Origin: Octopus vulgaris
Taxonomy: Eukaryota
DNA: 64,000 nucleotides
Direction of reading: 5' to 3'
NCBI GenBank assembly: GCA_951406725.2
Contig: OX597819.1
Location: forward strand, 19,406,001-19,470,000
This document shows positions 1 to 13,220 of the stretch, piece after piece. Positions within the stretch are counted from its first letter, which is position 1, and every line of letters begins with the position of its first letter. A program made the position numbers and the translations under genes. Under the pieces are notes generated by a model, which worked only from the letters and a program-made list of their open reading frames with translations, made no database searches and was not told where the DNA came from.

Positions 1-475
1 TGGTTCCTCATTACATACAGAACTCATGTTGACTTGTGTTCTTCATCAGATGCAAGCATTTCCTCAGAGAGAGAGGATATAAAACTGTGCTCTCTTTCAT
101 TTCCCATCATTTGTTGTTACAGTGAAAAAGGATTCTTTCCAAAACATTGAATATTCCATACACTCCACGGTTAATTTCACTGTGCAATTTCTGTCGGATT
201 TTGTAAACATTACAGTTATTGCCGACGCAGACCATTTCCAGTGTTCTGGTTGCTGAACTTACAGGCTACAGGGAGTCAAACAACAACCATAATTTTCGTC
301 AAACGCTGAGAGTTGAACACACATATTTATACTATTCACAGATACTTCTACGTATAGCCAATGGTTGCAATTTGAAAGCAACAATGTGAGGTGATGAAGT
401 AATTACGTAACTCAGGTTATTTTATCATGCATATCTATCTGTCTGGCAGCTCTTTCTCTCTCTCTTTCTCTCTCC

Positions 476-519
<44 letters not shown>

Positions 520-523
<4 letters not shown>

Positions 524-745
524 TTATAGAAGGAGCTTCTACAGGACTAGAACTGTTTCATTCAAATGAAATCTTAAGGAAGATTTCATTTGAATGAAAC
601 AGTTCTAGTCCTGTAGAAGCTCCTTCTATAAAATATATATATATATATATATATATATTTTTATATATATAATTATTTTACTCTGCTATGTATTGAGTAA
701 CTTATTTACTGTGCTTAACCCCGACTCACCCCGGGACCTACATAT
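520..745. mobile_element. Fold-back repeat element, copy 1: 56-bp perfect inverted repeat plus a unique 3' tail, within (TA)n
   Basis: Arms 520-575 and 580-635 are exact reverse complements around an AAGG loop. The tail 'tactctgctatgtattgagta...cccgggacctacat' is shared with the copy at 59219. Confidence 0.8.
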
Positions 746-990
746 ATATATATACATATATTCCAATTAAATTTAAACTTAATTCTAATTCGAATTTAAT
801 TGTAGCCATGAAACGTACGTAGTGTTTTTACTTATCTTATATATTTATCATTTATTTTATACTTTTTGAGATCTAGTTATAAGATATACGTTTTATAAAA
901 AATATATATTATTTGTTATTTATGTATTGGTTTTTGTCTATCACTGTTTGAGTTGCATAATAGTGGTTTTACCTCTAATTCATATCTTAC

Positions 991-1033
<43 letters not shown>

Positions 1034-1479
1034 TTATATATATTTATTTATATATATATATATATACATATGTATTTAAATGGATGACAAACGAACAGGA
1101 GTTACATCATCCCTTCATTAGCTTACAAATATCCGTAGACGTAGAAACTAGTAAAGAGATGTAAAATAAAGTTCCCTAATCGGTTTAACGACGTAACTCA
1201 TTATATGACATCAATAACTCTCTTTGTTAAAATGCAAAGTCATCAGTTTTCCAAAGACATAAACTGAATATTTCCTACTAATTGTTTGGCTGTATAATAT
1301 TATAAAGTACTCTTCATACAAGCCATTAATTGTTTTAGCTATTCATTATCATTATATATATCAATACTAATCACATAGCAGATTTTGTTGTGTAAATTTA
1401 TTTGTATTTTTAAGTATTTAGGACCAATAATAAATTAGGAGAGTCTCTCCGAAGGAGTTGCTCAAATAATAAAAAAAAC

Positions 1480-2200
1480 GGCTAAAAGAATAATTGATAA
1501 GGTTAAAGAAAGATCTCCCTCAAAAGAAGTAACATTACAACTAAGACTGAGGCGAGTAAACTGTTCTATTATGTCACTAATCTTCGACGGAGCAGAAACT
1601 TGGACAATGTAGAGAGCAAAACGAAATAGACGTAGACGCGTGGCAGAGTGGAGAGATTAAACTAGAAAGACAGGGTAACAAGAGCTGCAGTACTAGGAAA
1701 ACTGAAGATCCAAAGACACTTATTGTTGAGAATCAAGTCCACAATATGTATTTCTTTACTACACACAATGGGCTAAACAGAGAGAGGACAAACAAGGACA
1801 GACAAACGGATTAAGTCGATTATATCGACCCCAGTGCGTAACTGGTACTTAATTTATCGACCCCGAAAGGATGAAAGGCAAAGTCGGCCTTGGCGGAATT
1901 TGAACTCGGAACGTAACGGCAGACGAAATACGCCTACGCATTTCGCCCAGCGTACTAACGATTCTGCCAGCTCGCCGCCTTAGTCCACAATATGGTTTAA
2001 TCAAAATCAAGTCCACAATATGTTTTAATACCATATTCACAGGATGGAAGGGAACAAAGGACCATGGAAGACGTTTGTGGTCCGAAGACATCAAAGAATG
2101 GACAGGAAACAACAAAAAAAAAACATGGCTCGTTGTATGCATGTAGCACATTGCAGAGTGAACCAGAGAGACTTGGAAAGCACGACTCCTGAACGCGTGG
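1480..2200 (+). pseudogene. Decayed RTE-clade LINE 3' end (post-RT region), interrupted by a SINE
   Basis: Manual translation gives LRLRRVNCSIMSLIFDGAETWTM (cf. YGAETWT), RVTRAAVLGKLKIQRHLLLRIK and W..EDIKEWTG-like segments, with stops and frameshifts. Confidence 0.7.
1749..1981 (-). mobile_element. tRNA-derived SINE, family B (central 'gcctttcatcctttcggggtcgataaa' domain, Meta/MESC-like)
   Basis: Minus strand has an A-box-like GAGCTGGCAGAATCG and a B-box-like GAGTTCAAATTCC. A 13-bp TSD agtccacaatatg lies at 1736-1748 and 1982-1994. Confidence 0.85.
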
Positions 2201-3370
2201 GGTATAAGTAGAGGATAACAAAATTCAAATCCAGAAAAACGATTTAGAATGATAATACCGTTGATATAGATCCTTCCAGATATTTTGCTAAATTAAGTTC
2301 CTAAATCACCGAGCCAACAAGGCGGTGACAATAGCGTAATTTAATTGATTTCACATTTTAGTAGCATACTTTCACGAATATAGAAAATCAAGGATTATAG
2401 GAAAATATGCAACATTCGTGAATCTTCGTGAATTGGGTAAAACAACTTGAACTCAACTCAATGCTTCACGAAATATAATATTTCAGAACTAATAGAATGA
2501 TTATTTTTAAACAGAGTTTTCCTAACAATTACAGGAAGCAATTTATGAACGTCAAGCATACTAAGCGGGGACGGGTTCTCTGAGGAGTGTTCAACAACAA
2601 AGTATGAAATAGTCCGTCAAGAGATCCACTTTCTTTAGTTTCACCACATCATGGTGAAATAGCGTGGACACTATGTGTTTAGGTACTTAGTTCTCCAATA
2701 TGAAATCGTAACACACATCCACACACACACGTGTGTGTGTGTGTGTATATATATGTGTGTGTGTGTGTGTGTGTGCATGTATACGAGGAGCTGACGCTCT
2801 GATCCTTTCTATGAAATTTTATTTAAAATATATGGTCAATGCAAGATTAAAGAAGCAGACATTCGAAAAAAGGACATCACGTGGTGAGATTGAACCGCGC
2901 ACCATGTTAACGGAATGCGTTCTTTATTACTCCGCGATACCAAAATCTGATTCATAAATATATAAATGGAGAGGAAATGAGGTAAACAAGGCTAAAATGT
3001 CGCATCATTCGGCATTAATCCATCGATAGCTAGAAATAAAATGCTCCAAAAGCTATTTTTCCTGAAAGGAGAATATGTCTAACGATTCCCACCTCCAGAA
3101 TCTTTGCCAAATTTTCCTTTTATTTAATAAGGCTAATTATGGAACAATTCCACAGATACGTTTCAATATAGCAATAATATGCTTCCTCGTTGAGGTGAGC
3201 ATGCTTCTACTCATATTAAAACTGCATTATATTATTCCTCCCACAAGTTTGTGGAAGATGAAAAAATGTATCTATAAAAATCGATAATTTCCGGTGAGAT
3301 CAATAGTATCCCGAAATAAAAAGCAGTTTAGAGGAAGAGAGAAAGAGAGGGGTAGGGGAGGCTAGAAGAA

Positions 3371-3411
<41 letters not shown>

Positions 3412-4041
3412 AAGATAGAGAGAGAGAGAAGGCACGTGATTGCTATTAGCCAAAGAAGAAAGAAAGTTAGAAGGCAGAACAACATTATTTTTACCAACTA
3501 CTTTCATCTCAGAATGCTTTTATTGTTGTTGCTGTTGTTGTTGTTGTTGTTTAGCCGTACATAAACTATCACTATGGAGACACCTGATCAGAGACGCTCC
3601 AGAACTGATCGTCCTGTCTTTTGGCATAAGCATACCGCTGCTTAATTTCTATTTCTCTCTGTAGAACAGTAGAAAATGATCTGAAAGTATTTGACTAGCG
3701 ATTCCTAACAAATCAACTAATCACCTGGACTCCCACCTCTCTCAGGCTTTAGCTGTTTACGTTTCAAAGTTATATCATCACAAAAGGGAATAAACTCACT
3801 ATTAAATGCGTTCAAGCCGTGATCATCATATCATATTCTTTATGATATTCATTCATTTTTGCCAAGACGGTTTGACGTAACTTGATGGTCTTTTAACTGC
3901 TTTATCTAGCAAGTAGAACGAACACGAAAAGGATACATTGCATTTAGTATTTGAGTTAAATGAAACATTCGAAGGGCCACAAACAAAATATATTGTCACC
4001 GATGTGTATCAGATTGCCATAAAAGGTGAGAAGTCTCCAAA

Positions 4042-4448
4042 TCTTTATATATAAAAGTAAGGTTGTGTACTGTCTGTCTCCTACGATTTAGATTCCTAAC
4101 TACTCCCACATTTTGCGGTGCAGTTTAACCAAAACCGGGTATATTATAGTCGTGATTCATATCAAGCCCTTCTGGGTATTAGCGCTCGTCTACGATGAGT
4201 CTACGATGAGTCTACGATTAAATAATAAAATTACCATCAATTTTTCCCATTTTTAATGCATTTTTGGCATATATAAGGGAAGTAACTCTCTAAAAATTTA
4301 TTATCAAATCTCAGAATGTAAAAAGCTACGGTAAGCCCCCCCCCTTTGTGGTTAGCCATATTGAGATGGCTATTATACTTTACATCTCTAAAAATGCTTA
4401 TATAGTTATTTCCCTTACAAACCCGAGCAACGCCGGCGAGACTGCTAG
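4042..4448 (+). mobile_element. Non-autonomous Helitron
   Basis: Starts A|TCTTTATATATAAAA and ends with a GC-rich hairpin-like 'acccgagcaacgccggcg' then CTAG|T. Inserted between A and T with no TSD. Confidence 0.8.
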
Positions 4449-4575
4449 TGTCAAATAAAGCTGTTATGGGTGGAAAACGTTTTCTGTCTTAATATTAAGC
4501 CATAGAATGGGAGATGCAAGTGGATTTATCAGGGAATAGACTAGACTTTCCAGAAAAGCTAGTGGTTAGCATCAT

Positions 4576-5145
4576 AGGGTGTCTTGGCATCACTCAGCAA
4601 GACTTTTGTTAGCCGCTCTCCAGCCATCTATTTAAAACTGTATACAGCTATGGTACGACCACACTTGGAATTCGCATCATCAGTTTGGAATCCCTATCTT
4701 GCTCAGAACATTGACCTCCTGGAATCTGTCCAGAGACGTGCAACCAAACGCATACCCTCCATCAGACACCTACCATATTCTGAGCGCCTTGTTTCCCTGG
4801 GCATGGATTCACTGAAGCTCCGGCGTCTAGCGACGGACTTGGTAAACACCCACAAGGTTATCAACCACCTCACCAACAACAACACTGAACACCTTTTTGA
4901 TCTCCATGTGTCTAACACACGTGGACATGCCTACAAAGTCAGAAAACAGCACAGCTCCCATGACTTTCGGAAACATTTTTTCACGCTCAGGGTTGCTGAA
5001 GCGTGGAATAAACTGCCTGCATCAGTTGTTGACTGCCATGACACTGCATCCTTTAAGGCCCTCATGCTTCCTGAAATCCGTCGAAACTACACCTGATTAT
5101 ATATACACTTTAGATGAGTTGTAGTGCACCTGAGCACTGTACACA

Positions 5146-5201
<56 letters not shown>
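4576..5201 (+). mobile_element. 5'-truncated CR1/L2-type LINE (ORF2 C-terminus, 3' UTR, (TTA)n tail)
   Basis: ORF 4584-5096 contains LYTAMVRPHLEFASSVWNPY, LESVQRRATK, TRGH and FFTLRVAEAWNKLP, all typical CR1/L2 post-RT motifs. Confidence 0.9.
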
Positions 5202-5202
<1 letters not shown>

Positions 5203-5379
5203 GCAAACAGTCGTGTTCCTAATATCTGGAAGTGCAAAACCAATCATTACGACTGAAATTACTGTCCCTTCAGGGGATAAACTTCACATATTTTATGAAG
5301 CGTATTACGGCAAATATCGGGACATTGTTTATAAAACACTCGTCACAGAATGACCTTTCGCCTCATTCTTTTTCGACAA

Positions 5380-5900
5380 TCCGTTGCCCCGGCTTTTCAG
5401 CTAAGTCAGTGAGATATTTCCTAGACAAGACCGGTTTGGAACCCAAATATCTAAAGAAAGCTAGTGAGGAGAGAGATGTGGTAGCTGAGACCAATTCATG
5501 TTCGACTAATTTAAAAGAGATTACAGGTGGTACATTCTACTGGTGAAATTCCTTTCTGTCTTCACTGTGACCTTCAGAAAACATTGATTACACGAAAAAA
5601 ATACTCTGGATCCTGTGATACCTGCTGATGATACACGAATACTGCCAAATTGGCGAAGGTTTTCTTTATTACATTATCTTTAAATAGTTGCTACAATTTC
5701 TGCGTGAGGCAAAGCATCTCTGGTATTTGTTTTTCCTGTCAGGTTAGAATAGTTTACAGCATATTTCGTACAACTGAAAAAGTCGCCCTCGTTTGCAAAA
5801 AACAGGAATGTGCTTCTAAGAACTTTCCTTCGAAGTCGCTTGTTTCTTGGTAAAAACTCATACGGTATTATCTTGGACTAGTGTTCCCCATCCAAATCAT
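5380..5900 (+). pseudogene. Possible highly decayed pogo/Tigger-type DDE transposase
   Basis: GFSAKSVRYFLDKTGL resembles N.DETGL, and IILD*CSP near 5867-5890 resembles LDNCxAH. Weak, by-eye match. Confidence 0.3.
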
Positions 5901-6200
5901 GGTTTTACAAATGCATAAGTTGGTCAATAAAGTTTTGAATAGAGAATATATGCAAAAATCTAAGGAACTATATTTATAAACGTTACTTTTAGTATTGTCA
6001 CGTTGTAAGGGCACGGACTTTAAGTGTTTAGACTGTCATGTCGAGTTTCATTTACGGTGAAATATTATATTCTTGAATTCTGTATATCAAATGTGCATAC
6101 ATTCATCCATACATGCATACATGCACATACATACACACGCACACATGCATACTCACAGCCACCATAAACGCATTTACACAGATTCCATATATACATACAG

Positions 6201-6321
<121 letters not shown>

Positions 6322-7616
6322 CATACACATACACACACATTACTAATCTTGAGAAATTGACCTTCTCAAAACCAGAAAGGAGAAAGTTTAATTCGAAGTC
6401 TATAGATCCGATCCATCACTGTAACTCTAAAAATATGTAAAACTTTCCAGACGTTTATCCTTTACATACGGGTATGTCTAGATATGTAACTATTTGTCTG
6501 AGAGTACGTTTATAAAACATACATACAAAATACAATGTTGTTGATGTTGATATTCCAATGAAGGCGCCTTGGATGTAGGCTAGAAAACTATTCTTTCTCT
6601 ATTGGCAAGAAATTTTGAAATAAACTGAATAATGACATACGTAAAAAAAGAGAACATTTATGGCGAATTAATCCAGGATATTACACCTCTTGTACCCTGA
6701 CTATGAATCCTCATTTGTACCTATCGTGAGAGGTGCATTAAATTATGTAATAAGAAATTTACACAAAATCTCGGAAATACTAGGTCTTTTGACGTAAGAG
6801 TAAAAGAAAATGACGCCGATTCTTCAAATGCAATTACTGGCAGAATCAACATTTGTAAACATTTCAAAGATACTCAATCAGGTAAGAAAATGCACGCACT
6901 CCGGTGTATACACCGAAAGCTCAACCAACAACACCGCAGTCACATATTTACAAATACCGAGAAATCTCTCTTAACCCAAAATGTCTAATCGTTTTATTTG
7001 CCATCGTCTTCAATTCTCTTAAGAAGAACCTAAATAACACTCAGAGTAAAATAATAGATTCGAGCAAATACATGCATGCATTCATACATACGTATGTACG
7101 TATGCACGTACACACATACATACATAAATATATAGATATGTGAGAAATGTCTAAGTGACAACGTGAATAAGCCAGGGTATTTAGAGAAAGAAATAAACCA
7201 AATTGCACGTTACAAATAGAATCCGCAAGCGGAACAATAAAATATGCAAGACATTCCTCTCAAGTTTAAAAGGGGACATTGGTTTTGTTATTTGCATTCC
7301 AATGAAGGAGCTTTAAATTTCTTTACTTAGAAACCGGTTCTGCTTCAGAGAAAGAATTCAAATAATTAATAGCAGAAGAGAGCAACCGTACACACATAAA
7401 GGCAAACATATATATGCACCATTTTGATGCTCTCTCTCACTTTTTTTTTATTTTTGGCTGTCGGCCCTGAAATCTCAGTAAAAAGAATTGTTTTTGCGGG
7501 CGGCGCCACTTCCGAAGCTGATTAAAGATTAGGGACCTTAGATTCCAGTTCAGTTTTACCCTCAGTATACATTATGTCTCATGTTTATTTACATGCACTT
7601 TTTCAGATATTATATA

Positions 7617-7674
<58 letters not shown>

Positions 7675-7728
7675 CATGTATGTTTGTATGTATGTGTATG
7701 TATATGTGTATGTATGTATGTATGTATT

Positions 7729-7764
<36 letters not shown>

Positions 7765-8272
7765 TATATGAAGTACGACTTCATTACTCAGAATAAATGT
7801 GAAACACGTTCAAAGATTATCTAAATAAGAACTGAAAGAAGCTAATCCCGTGTTAATCGAGTTTAAAATATCACGTGATAACAATGCATACTCAATATAG
7901 ACAACCTGAATATCGGAAGAGATTTTGAACTTGGATCCGAGAAAGTTTACTTCTGTATGTGTGTATGTATATGTATGTGTGTGTGTGCGTTCATGTGCGT
8001 GTGATGTGTATGCGCGCGCATGCGTGCGCGAGTCTGAGTGCGCGTTAATACATGCTTCCATCTCGTGTTACAAACTAAACTCGATATCTGTATTGAGCAC
8101 TCTATTCTCATCTTCCCATCCACATATACACACACACGCAAATATACACACACATACACACAAACGCATATACATACACGCATTTGTACAACCATACATT
8201 AAGGCATACATAAAAACATTCATCTAAGTGAGTGTGTGGGTTTGTGTGTGTGTATTTATAATATATATACAC

Positions 8273-8356
<84 letters not shown>

Positions 8357-8669
8357 TTACATATATGGACACACATATATGACTACTGACACAGGCACAC
8401 ACATATGTGTATATTTATATACATATAACTATAAATATGTATATTTCGGTGTGCTTGAGGGTGTGTGTAGTGCCCATAAGACTTATGCATAAAGTCGATG
8501 CAGCTATTTTCCTAATATCTAATTCATTCTACAAAATATTAATTCCATGTCATCCGACTTTGCGTATCTATATACATATAGATGTATACATATATATATG
8601 TATGTGTACCTATTTATTTTTATACACCGGCACACACACGCATACACAATCATGCACACACACATATAT

Positions 8670-8873
8670 ACTCTTTTACTCTTTTACTTGTTTCAGTCTT
8701 CATGCTGGATCACCGCCTTTAATCGAGCAACTCGACCCCGGGACTTATTCTTTGAAAGCCCAGTACTTATTCTATCGGTCAATTTTGCCGAACTGCTAAG
8801 TGACGGGGACATAAACACACCAGCGTCGGTTGTCAAGCAATGCTAGGGGGACAAAACAGACACACAAACGTAC

Positions 8874-8972
<99 letters not shown>
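8670..8972 (-). mobile_element. SINE family A (OR2-like), 3' half; separated from its 5' half by the Helitron
   Basis: Matches the tail half of the full-length copies at 42843 and 55942 and ends in the internal (CA)n(TA)n tract. Confidence 0.85.
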
Positions 8973-9033
8973 CTAGCTGAAGGTGACCCGCTCTACGCGC
9001 GGGTAAGAGTGTGGTATATATATATAAATGCAT

Positions 9034-9070
<37 letters not shown>

Positions 9071-9951
9071 AATACAGATATATGCACTTTGTATATATAA
9101 AGATTATTATATATACATATTTATATATAGATACACAAACACATATATAAATTAACCCAATAAATATCTGATTCATAATATTTGTTGTCATGATTGAGTG
9201 GTGGTTGTGGCGATGATAATTCTCTCTATGAATGCAGACAGACGTGGAGAGTGAGAGTGTGTGAAAGCGCTGTGGAAGGCAGGGAGGGGGATAACGGACC
9301 CTGTGAAACGACGTTATAAAGAGAAAGTGAATGTAAGGGAGGTAGACGCTGTGAAACGACGTTATAGATAGAAAGTGAAAGGAAGGGAGAAAAGTGAGTG
9401 AGTGATGGAGGAAGACAGATACATAAAAGAATGAGAGTGTTGGATGTTTTGTTTGTTGGACCAATGTATTAAGGTAGTATTGTTTTATTGTTTTAAAACG
9501 AAAGAGGCAATGTGTTTGTTTCAAAAATTAAAAAATCTGTTATAGTGAATGAAATTAGAATTCACACCCAGCTCAGTTTTGTAGAAAGAGTATCACGATG
9601 TGAACTCATGAGTTGGGAGTTTGACTGAGAGAGTTTATATGGTGACACATGCCAGTCCTTTCGACACCACCTAAACAATGGAATAGTGTATAAAATGTAA
9701 TTAACAACTCATTCACTTTATGAATGTCTTATGTTAGCGAAGAAACAATAACTTGACAAAACCGTTTATTGGAGACGTAGAAGGAATCGGAAAATGAGGA
9801 ATAAAGAGAATGAGTTGGATCAAATGTTTGCAAACATCTGAACCCAATGTTCTTTATGAACCATGTTCTTTTTAATGTCTTTATTTTCAAGAATGAAGAG
9901 ATAATGAAGAGGTGCAAAATAAAAAATAAAGCAAAATTTCATGACTTACAA

Positions 9952-10980
9952 TCAGTTTTCTTTTGTCAGAGCCTCCTGATAAACCACGTTCCTTGTGCGC
10001 TCATGATTGCCAAGAATGAAGAGTTTATGTGGATTTCCAACTCGAGAACACGCTACGTACAATTGACCATGACTGAAAACCGGTTGTGACAGGTTAATGC
10101 CTACAATGTCCAGTGATTGTCCCTGTGACTTGTTGATTGTCATCGCGAAGCATAGTTTTATTGGAAATTGAAAGCGTTTAAACTGAATGGGAACATCAGA
10201 GGGTGAAATACTCATTTTATGTATCATTTTGATTGTTTCTACAAATGGTCCACTCAAAATGTCAGCAGTTATAACATGGCTTTGAATCCTCCTAATAACC
10301 ATTCGGGTTCCATTGCATATTTCAGGCGTTTCCATATTTCTGAGCACCATGATTGGAGCACCAACTTTCAAACACAAATGATGAGGTGGAAGTCCCGGAG
10401 GTGTTAGCTTGTTGAGTAGCTCGGGTGGATATTTGACTGCATCATTCTCATATTTATTTGTATCGATGGACATGAAAGAAACTATCTCACCAGGATTCAT
10501 ATCAAGTACTTGTTTATTTGTAGCATGAGCTGTTGTATTATGAGGCGATAGAATAGCTCTTGTTGTTAGCCAATCGAGATCCTGGAAGTTGGTTTCGACG
10601 TCAGGTAAAACGGCTCTTATAAGTTCTTCTACATTTGGAACGAAATTCCCAAAAGGCAACCGAATATGCTCATCATCAACGAAAGGCAAAACTCCATCAC
10701 CAAGATCTAATAGGTGTTTTGCGAAAGCCTCAGACTCCACATCACCATGTAGGTGGACTCTCATGTTTGTTTGAAGATGGCGACTGATAACACTGTGCCA
10801 CACAAAATAATGCTTTATACATGCATTAACCTCATCAGCTCTAGTGCCTGCTCGGACAACAGGAAGAGTTTGTCGAAAATCTCCTGCCATGAGAAACGTA
10901 GCTCCACCCATTATTTTTGTATTTTGACGCAAATCTTGGAGAGTTCTGTCAAGAGCCTCAAACATGGCCTTATTACTCAT
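9952..10980 (-). pseudogene. Helitron Pif1-family (SF1B) helicase, C-terminal part
   Basis: Motifs GDFRQTLPVV, LRN....CNGTR, QFPIKLCFAMTINKSQGQSL and VFSHGQLYVACSRV. Separated from the upstream part by a frameshift and stop. Confidence 0.95.
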
Positions 10981-11045
10981 TGTAGCCTAATCCCAAATAA
11001 AAAGACTGCATTCACGAAGAAGTCTTGCTCTTGAGGAACTACGAT

Positions 11046-12098
11046 CTATATTACATATAGGATTATCTTTCTTTCCAATGTCCATGGGCAATTTGAATGC
11101 ACTATGTACCGTACGGCCCCTTGAAGCAGTGTCACTGCAATACCACTTGAGGCACATGCAATGGCAAATCGACGTTCAGCGCGCAGCTTTGCGAGAATCA
11201 AATTGATAACGAAAGTTTTACCAGTACCACCTGGAGCATTCAAAAAGAAAAGCTTTCCTTGGTTCAATCTAACGCTGTCAATAATTACATTATAAATCTC
11301 TCTTTGTTCAGGCAAAAGTCTTGGTTCATCTCGCGTAATTGTTTCCGTCAATTCGGCAATGTTGTAGTTGTTTTCTGACATGTATTCAACATCCAAAGGC
11401 GCTTCATGATGGACAGGTGTTGGCAGATGGAATTCACTTAAACCGCGTATAACATAGCGTCTGATGTGTCTGTCCATGTCGATTAATGCCTCATTATAAA
11501 CATCGTCGTTGCCATCACGTTGCGCTAAATTAGCCTGTATGTCCTTTGATAGGCTCTGTCTGAACGATTTCCAAAGGTTAAGAGGGTTGCTGGGATTACA
11601 GTGGATTAATATGCTACAAAACAATCGACGCATTTGCCATGGCAGTTTACAATTTGAGGCCTCTGCTAATGTCCTGTGTAAGTGGTCGTCATTGAGAAGA
11701 AGTCCGCGCCTCAAACATGCTTTCCTGTAAGTGGCGCAGATGATGCCATCAACCGTGCGAAGATCAGCAAAAGACTTCGGTCCAGTAACTACATGAAGTA
11801 GCATTCTCAAAAAGATTTCCTGTTTGGTAGGATGGATATTATACACACGCCCAATGACGTTCTTCCTAGAAACACCGGGCCAATTGTCAAGTTCTGTTCC
11901 ATGTGACCTGCGCTTCCAATTATTGTTGTTGTATGTGTAATATTCCGGTACTTCAGGGTAAATGAGAGTAGCAGCAAACTCATCAACTGAACACAATTTA
12001 AAAAATGCTGTAAGCGTAGTCCCTTTTGGATTTTCAATGACTTGACGTGCATTTTTTCTCTGTGAAGTAAACCAGCTGTCTCTTCTGTAAATGAACAT
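11046..12098 (-). pseudogene. Helitron RepHel linker plus helicase motif I region
   Basis: TTLTAFF, IGRVY, LLHVVTGPKSFADLRTVDG, Walker A APGGTGKT and ASSGIA. Confidence 0.92.
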
Positions 12099-12129
12099 TC
12101 AGGTGGAAAACTGATGGTGAGCTTAGATG

Positions 12130-12440
12130 AATCTCGTATCCAAAAATGCGCCACGCTGCTTAATTGGAGGATACATACCTACCCCAAACGAATTGTTTAA
12201 TTTCATCATGTCTAAGGTCTTCATCACTGAACACAAACACGGCCATATCATCGCCCTTATTAATCTACTTGCAGAGGTATTGTATGCATCTCACCGAACT
12301 GCAGTACTCAACATTAATGTGTGCATTAAATGTTTTGGAAAGCAAAGGGTTGAATGGAACGATCCAGACATTATCAACATCGAATGTTTTTAGCCGTTGT
12401 CTAATTGTAGCTGTGCGGCCACCCAAACCTGGGTCACATA
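12130..12440 (-). pseudogene. Helitron Rep domain C-terminal fragment
   Basis: DNVWIVPFNPLLSKTFNAHINVEYCSS...YLCK*..KGD, then DEIKQF..GRYVSSN*AAWRIF. The upstream HUH motifs are not seen. Confidence 0.85.
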
Positions 12441-12646
12441 TATGAAAGAGAGGACGGGAAAATGAAATATTTTGCAATGTAAACATGATTTGTTTTAAGA
12501 GAAAGATTGTCATGATTGTGTGTTGGTGGTGGCGATGATAATTATCATTAGGAAAAACATAAGTTGTGGTGATGATAATTCTAGACCCCTTTTCACATTT
12601 TGATGAAGAGAACCCGATTTCATTCGGGTTTACTGGGGCCACATAT

Positions 12647-12685
<39 letters not shown>

Positions 12686-13220
12686 ACACTGTAGAAATTA
12701 AATTAGAGATCAAACCACTAACAGGGAAATGAAACAGTAAAAAAAGAAAAACATAAAAATATAATATTAGATATATGTATATATGTGTGTGTGTGTGTTG
12801 ACAGGTAGACAATAGAATGCGATGGCGATGGGGATGGCGATGTAATATTTGTTACTGTCCATGAACGCTGATAGATACATGAGTAAAATGTATAGGAAGG
12901 AAGGTAAGCGATAAGAGTGAGTGAAAATGTTCTTGGAAGAGAGTAAATAGCGACAGTGATTTGAGGAAGACTTTACATTAAATAACGGTAGTTGCATTGT
13001 CAAATGAAGAGGAGTGACAGAGTACTGGAGGAAATAGGGTGAGGTAGGAAGATGGCCCCTAGCAACCACACCTTTTAAGATAGGGATTTCTAAGGTAGCC
13101 CACGCGCATCGTCACCTCATTCTACATGTGCCTGTAAATTTTGGAGCGAATCGGACGGGATGTAGTGGCATTGAAAGCGAACCAAGCGGTAAAAACGCAT
13201 TTCAGTTTTATATGTAGAGA

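Larger units (their letters stand above)
8973..13220 (-). mobile_element. Helitron, internally deleted derivative of an autonomous element (about 4.25 kb)
   Basis: Minus-strand 5' end A|TCTCTACATATAAAA at 13220. The 3' end is the hairpin ACCCGC-GCGTAGA-GCGGGT followed by CTAG|T at 8973. RepHel coding remnants lie inside. Confidence 0.92.

Noticed and set aside
6550-7350. Related 'attccaatgaagg...tagaaaccggttc' motifs at about 6553 and 7296 as hammerheads
   Set aside because: GAAA-CCGG-T is present in one copy, but neither has a CUGANGA core or a convincing stem I. At most a dispersed repeat.
9952-10980. Host PIF1 gene
   Set aside because: It lies within Helitron termini, downstream of Rep remnants, and is disrupted.
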